In this document: piece by piece, positions 44,810 to 48,711 of the stretch
Layout: each line of letters begins with the position of its first letter
Numbering within the stretch: position 1 is the stretch's first letter
Virus record (IMG/VR): IMGVR_UViG_3300047562_001063
Location: 1 to 48,711 of that record
DNA: 48,711 nt
Reading direction: 5' to 3' (one strand)
Origin: a virus
Lineage: Duplodnaviria; Caudoviricetes
The notes under the pieces: model-generated
Databases searched by the model: none
What the model saw: the letters and a program-made list of their open reading frames with translations, nothing else
Told to the model about the DNA's origin: nothing
Program-made: the position numbers and the translations under genes

Positions 44810-45653
44810 ATCATATCTGAACGAACAAAAAGAAAAGAAGAAAGATGTAGAGACAAACTACAATAAAGTCTTCATTGGTAAGATTGGTAAATTCGATGAA
44901 GATGATGATGCAAAGTCGATCTATCACAAAGTCTTTATTGGTAAGGTCAAGAAGATAGACGAAGCATTTAGACAGGGTGCTGCTAGACATGAAGGTCCAC
45001 GTTTTGATGAAACACAAAGTCTTCATCAAAAGCTGTCAAGACGATATAAGTTTGGTAGAAAACTAGTAAAATCGAAAGGTTTTGAACCTGATCTTAATGA
45101 TCCTGATGGCGATAAAAAAACTGCCATAAGAAAATATTCTGGTATAATGTATAAGAAAATAAACAAATCACTCTACACAGGAGATTCAAGTGAACTGACA
45201 CCACAACACCAGTCTGTAATCGATAACTTGAAGTCTGCTCTCGTAAAGCATAAAACAGGTGAAGATATGACTGTCAGTTCTGGCATCAAAGTTTCTCCTG
45301 ACACTTTCAGAAAAAAAGGTGATGAAGGTCCAATAAAAATGACAATGCCCGCTTTCACAAGTACGTCTTTAGCTGTGCATGTTGCGAGAGATTTTGCTAA
45401 ACCTATCTGGAAAGAAGGTGACGGCGAAGAACACATGATTCATATAGATGTTCCTAAAGGTTCTCATGGTGCATATGTAGCACATCATAGTGCAATACCT
45501 GAAGAGCATGAATTCATCTTACATCCCGGCGCAAGACTTCATGTTGATCCTCTCCCTTCACACATCAGTGAACGTACAAATTCTGATGGTGATAAAATTA
45601 GAACACATCACTGGAATGCTCGTTTAGTTCATGATGGCGTAAAAGACGTTTGA
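44796..45653 (+). CDS. VIP2/Alt-like ADP-ribosyltransferase with leader (paralog of 43585)
   Basis: MLTFKSYLNEQ; AIRKYS..Y..IN, TVSSGI, FTSTSL, VPKGSHGAYV, EEHEFIL. Confidence 0.75.
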   Translation: MLTFKSYLNEQKEKKKDVETNYNKVFIGKIGKFDEDDDAKSIYHKVFIGKVKKIDEAFRQGAARHEGPRFDETQSLHQKLSRRYKFGRKLVKSKGFEPDLNDPDGDKKTAIRKYSGIMYKKINKSLYTGDSSELTPQHQSVIDNLKSALVKHKTGEDMTVSSGIKVSPDTFRKKGDEGPIKMTMPAFTSTSLAVHVARDFAKPIWKEGDGEEHMIHIDVPKGSHGAYVAHHSAIPEEHEFILHPGARLHVDPLPSHISERTNSDGDKIRTHHWNARLVHDGVKDV

Positions 45654-45701
45654 CAAGATTTTTCCATAGACTATGATATTGGTGTAATAAGGAATTGAGA
45701 T

Positions 45702-46331
45702 ATGAAACGTTATGTGATTGGTGATGTGCATGGTTGCTATGATGAACTGTGCTTGCTCTTAGATAAGATATATGATCATGCTGATGATGATCTTTGTAAG
45801 ATGATCTTTGTTGGTGACTATGTTGATCGCGGCCCAAAATCCAAAGAAGTTGTTGATCAAGTCATGCGAATGAAGAAGAATGGTCATGTGACTCTTATGG
45901 GCAATCATGAAGATATGTTACTTGATGGTGATTTCACTTATGCTGAGGCCACACTTCGCAGTTTCAACAGCCCACTCATGGAACTGCCCGATTATGTAAC
46001 AGATTGGATGCGAACTCTGCCGAAGTATTATGAAGATGATACAATCATCGTTGCACATGCTGGTGCAAACCCTGCATTTCCAATGAGTGAACAAAGGGAT
46101 CAAATACTATTGTGGATGCGATATGAAGAATATCATCATGCACAGATGGGTAAGCATTTCTATCATGGGCATACACCAAGACTAGGTAAGATTGAGCAAA
46201 TAGCAGATCGCACAAATGTAGATACTGCTTGCGTATACGGCGGCCATCTAACAGCCGCTATTGTAGGAGATGATGGCAAGCCTGAAGGTTTCATTCAGGT
46301 GCCAGCACGAAACAGTGCGTATAACTTTTAG
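45702..46331 (+). CDS. Ser/Thr protein phosphatase (PPP/ApaH-like)
   Basis: GDVHG, GDYVDRGP, GNHE, HAG, HGHTP, DTAC. Confidence 0.92.
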   Translation: MKRYVIGDVHGCYDELCLLLDKIYDHADDDLCKMIFVGDYVDRGPKSKEVVDQVMRMKKNGHVTLMGNHEDMLLDGDFTYAEATLRSFNSPLMELPDYVTDWMRTLPKYYEDDTIIVAHAGANPAFPMSEQRDQILLWMRYEEYHHAQMGKHFYHGHTPRLGKIEQIADRTNVDTACVYGGHLTAAIVGDDGKPEGFIQVPARNSAYNF

Positions 46332-46345
46332 GAGTTATATATACT

Positions 46346-46675
46346 GTAGTTATCGGTGAAGGAAAACGAAAAACGTTTTGGACGCGGGTGCGATTCCCGC
46401 CGTCTCCACCACAGACACACTGGTTGGGTTTCTAGCTTTGCTAGGCAGAGAGGGTACTGGCTATCCTGTGAAAATCCGCCAGTACAGGGGATTTTCCAGT
46501 GTGTCTTTGATGGGGACGAATTAGGCTCGACAAGCGTATAATAGTGGACTGGAGATAACCGTAGGCGACTACGACAAGCGCAAAACTCTAAATGCAAACG
46601 ATAACTTTGCACCTCGTCTAGCCCTAGCGGCTTGACATGCGCTCGGAGGGGGCGTGGAAACAGAACCCCTCCACC
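46346..46675 (+). ncRNA. ssrA: two-piece (circularly permuted) tmRNA
   Basis: Acceptor piece ends CGTCTCC-ACCA (46411); coding piece starts GGGGACG (46512) with G3:U70; tag GCA AAC GAT AAC...GCG GCT TGA (46594-46635) = ANDNFAPRLALAA; outer ends approximate. Confidence 0.9.
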
Positions 46676-46703
46676 TTAACACACATGACACAGGAGAAAA
46701 ATC

Positions 46704-46958
46704 ATGTCAAAGAACCCTTACGAAATCCGTCTTGAACTTCTTCAAATTGCGCGAGATTTTATCATTGAGCAAAATATGAACGAACGCATCCGTCTTGAAA
46801 ATGATTGGAGCCTTGAAAGAGAAAAGGCTTCTATTGCTCTTTCAAACGGTGACAAGAACGCAATTCTTCCGCCTTTCCCTTCAGTACCAAACATGGATGC
46901 AGAAGCTATCATCAAGTTGGCAGAAAAGCTTAACGGATTCGTATCCAAGAACGAATAA
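46704..46958 (+). CDS. conserved phage hypothetical protein
   Basis: KNPYEIRLELL..A.D...P....II..AE.L..FVS; AGGAG RBS. Confidence 0.85.
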   Translation: MSKNPYEIRLELLQIARDFIIEQNMNERIRLENDWSLEREKASIALSNGDKNAILPPFPSVPNMDAEAIIKLAEKLNGFVSKNE

Positions 46959-46991
46959 ATAAAACTGACACTAAAAAATAGCGAGGTCAGT

Positions 46992-47450
46992 ATGAAGTCA
47001 ATTAAGCCGTTCTATATCTGGTGGGTCACAAATCTGTTTGTTGCGTCTGGCGTTTTCTGGGCATGGCATAATGGCATCATTGCTAAAATTTGGCATGATG
47101 ATGTGACAATGATTACATCTCTCCTCGCTATTCTCTACATTGTAACCACATTGATGATAGGTTACATTTCATATCTGAAAGACTTTACTAACAAGATGGT
47201 TGATGCTTGTTGGTTTCTTTCCGAACAGATGCTTGCTCTAGGTATGTTGGGCACTGTAATCGGCTTCATCTATCTTCTCACTTCAGGTATTACATCTGCT
47301 TCTGTTACTGATCCAGCAAGTCTAGCTGCGCTTCTAGCGAATATGTCTGTTGGTTTAGGCATTGCACTTTACACCAATGCAACAGGCATTCTGTCCAGTT
47401 TGATAACAAAGGCGCTGCTATATGCGGTAACATACGATCATGAAGAATAG
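46992..47450 (+). CDS. MotA/TolQ/ExbB-like membrane protein
   Basis: LGMLGTVIGFI and GLGIALYT.ATG proton-channel helices. Confidence 0.8.
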   Translation: MKSIKPFYIWWVTNLFVASGVFWAWHNGIIAKIWHDDVTMITSLLAILYIVTTLMIGYISYLKDFTNKMVDACWFLSEQMLALGMLGTVIGFIYLLTSGITSASVTDPASLAALLANMSVGLGIALYTNATGILSSLITKALLYAVTYDHEE

Positions 47451-48087
47451 AAAGTTTGATTTTCGTACAGCATACATTGATATTCTGATTGCCCTTCTCA
47501 TGGGCACTGTTGTCATCTTCATGTTGACAACTCTACTCATTGCACCTATTGTACAGCAGAACGAAGGCATTAGAAAAAATGCAGACTATGTGATCACAAT
47601 GGAATGGCCAGTAGATATAGACTGCGATGTTGATCTATGGGTTCGTGATCCACAAAACAATGTCGTATCATATCGTTTTATGGAAGCAGGGCTGATGTAC
47701 TTTGAACGCGACGATATGGGAAAGCGTAGAAGTGTATATCAGCTTGACAATAAAGAAATCGTAATAGATCCAGACAACAAAGAATATGTCACATTTAGAG
47801 GAACATTTTCTGGTGAGTATATTGTGAATGTTCACGTTTACTCTTGTATTGAAACTGAAGGCACAGGATCAAAAGGCATGGGGCAAGGTTCTATGATAGA
47901 TGTGCCTGTAACGATTGAAATTGTTAGAATCAATCCAAAATATATGGTTGTCAAAACAATAGAAATGAAAATGGACAGTGTGTGGCAAGAAAAAACAGCA
48001 ACAAGATTTGTGATGGACGATAAGAAAAACATTATCAGATACAAGGAAGGTTTTGTATCAGTTAGGGTTGGAATAAAAGCACCATGA
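47440..48087 (+). CDS. single-TM protein with periplasmic beta domain (ExbD/MotB-like partner)
   Basis: TAYIDIL TM with Asp; M.WP....DVDLWV.DP, D.G, E...RG...GEY.VNVH.Y. Confidence 0.65.
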   Translation: MKNRKFDFRTAYIDILIALLMGTVVIFMLTTLLIAPIVQQNEGIRKNADYVITMEWPVDIDCDVDLWVRDPQNNVVSYRFMEAGLMYFERDDMGKRRSVYQLDNKEIVIDPDNKEYVTFRGTFSGEYIVNVHVYSCIETEGTGSKGMGQGSMIDVPVTIEIVRINPKYMVVKTIEMKMDSVWQEKTATRFVMDDKKNIIRYKEGFVSVRVGIKAP

Positions 48088-48671
48088 CACAGACTGTTCT
48101 TCTTCTCATAGCATTGTTCACAGCACTAGTCATCGCGGCAGCGTTTTACTGGAACAGCAGAACGATAAGAGTTTTTGTCATCGCTTTGATTGTGTTTCTA
48201 GCCAACGCTGTTTATTTTTCGCTTGATGGTGTAAAAGGATGGCCAGCAGAAGAGAAGAGAGAAGTAAAAGGCATTCTTGCTTCTGTTGTCATAGTCAATC
48301 CATCTGATTCTGATCCTGGTGCAATTTATATCAGTCTGTATCCCACAACACCTAAGAAGTGGTATGAGTATGTTTATCCAAGAGTTGCACCAAAGACATA
48401 CTATGTGAAATACTCTAATGATAGAGCAGCATCCTTTGATAAAGCAAAACAAGCTATTGAAGAGGGACGCGAAGTTCGCATAAATGGTATACCACCAGAA
48501 AATGGTGGAGAAGGAGAGGGCGGTAATGATGAGGGGGAAGAATCGTCTGGTGTATTAGGGCAACTCCTTGAGAGATTGTTGCCTAAAGCTGGCGATACAT
48601 ACAAGCCAACCATTCCTGATATTGAGATATCTGAACAAATAGTTCCACCAGAGAAAGGAACAAATCAATGA
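48084..48671 (+). CDS. membrane protein
   Basis: Two N-terminal TM helices, GWP motif; coupled to previous ORF. Confidence 0.75.
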   Translation: MTQTVLLLIALFTALVIAAAFYWNSRTIRVFVIALIVFLANAVYFSLDGVKGWPAEEKREVKGILASVVIVNPSDSDPGAIYISLYPTTPKKWYEYVYPRVAPKTYYVKYSNDRAASFDKAKQAIEEGREVRINGIPPENGGEGEGGNDEGEESSGVLGQLLERLLPKAGDTYKPTIPDIEISEQIVPPEKGTNQ

Positions 48672-48711
48672 AGAAACTTTTAGCAGTGAGTGTTTTAGCA
48701 CTTGCATTAGT
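48668..48711 (+). CDS. exported protein (5' fragment)
   Basis: AAAGGA RBS, MKKLLAVSVLALAL signal peptide; runs off window. Confidence 0.55.
   Translation, partial: MKKLLAVSVLALAL

Noticed and set aside
46328-46612. ORFs 46328-46612(-) and 46356-46541(+)
   Set aside because: They overlap the tmRNA gene.
1-48711. Stop-codon recoding or CRISPR array
   Set aside because: Core genes read through in the standard code, TAG/TGA/TAA all serve as stops, no suppressor anticodon was found and no regularly spaced direct repeats were seen.

Overview
This window is a segment of a large T4-like (Tevenvirinae-style) myovirus genome. The host is very probably an alphaproteobacterium, based on a circularly permuted two-piece tmRNA (tag ANDNFAPRLALAA) and a tRNA-His lacking G-1. 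Positions 1-9.6 kb hold an array of about 25 tRNA and tRNA-like genes. Auxiliary genes (RlpA, L,D-transpeptidase, heme oxygenase, CDGSH-like peptide, Dps) and several unusual structured RNAs are interleaved with them. Positions 10-24 kb hold late genes, including two multi-domain polyproteins and a lysis region with an M15 endolysin and two 3TM holin-like genes. Positions 24-42 kb hold T4-type replication and nucleotide genes (gp61 primase, thyX, nrdJ, GIY-YIG nuclease, glutaredoxin, RNase H, phoH) plus many small early genes behind sigma70-type promoters. Positions 43-48.7 kb hold ADP-ribosyltransferases, a phosphatase, tmRNA and a MotA/ExbB-like membrane cluster. There are two main observations. 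First, at least 10 otherwise unrelated ORFs share an N-terminal 'MKTFKQF/Y-x-x-E' leader resembling the T4 internal-protein capsid-targeting sequence. Their cargo includes a HicA-like RNase, a HipA/PI3K-like kinase, three VIP2-like ARTs, a GNAT, a LysM protein and an HEXXH protein, which suggests a modular, capsid-packaged, injected effector arsenal; a recombination scar shows cassette shuffling. Second, the tRNA array contains several re-engineered tRNA-like RNAs: an anticodon-less Leu mimic, a D-armless Arg, an 8/4 allo-type tRNA, a tRNA-like fold with a 22-bp stem and two homologous ncRNAs, one ending in CCA. All family calls come from motif recognition by eye; no database searches were run.
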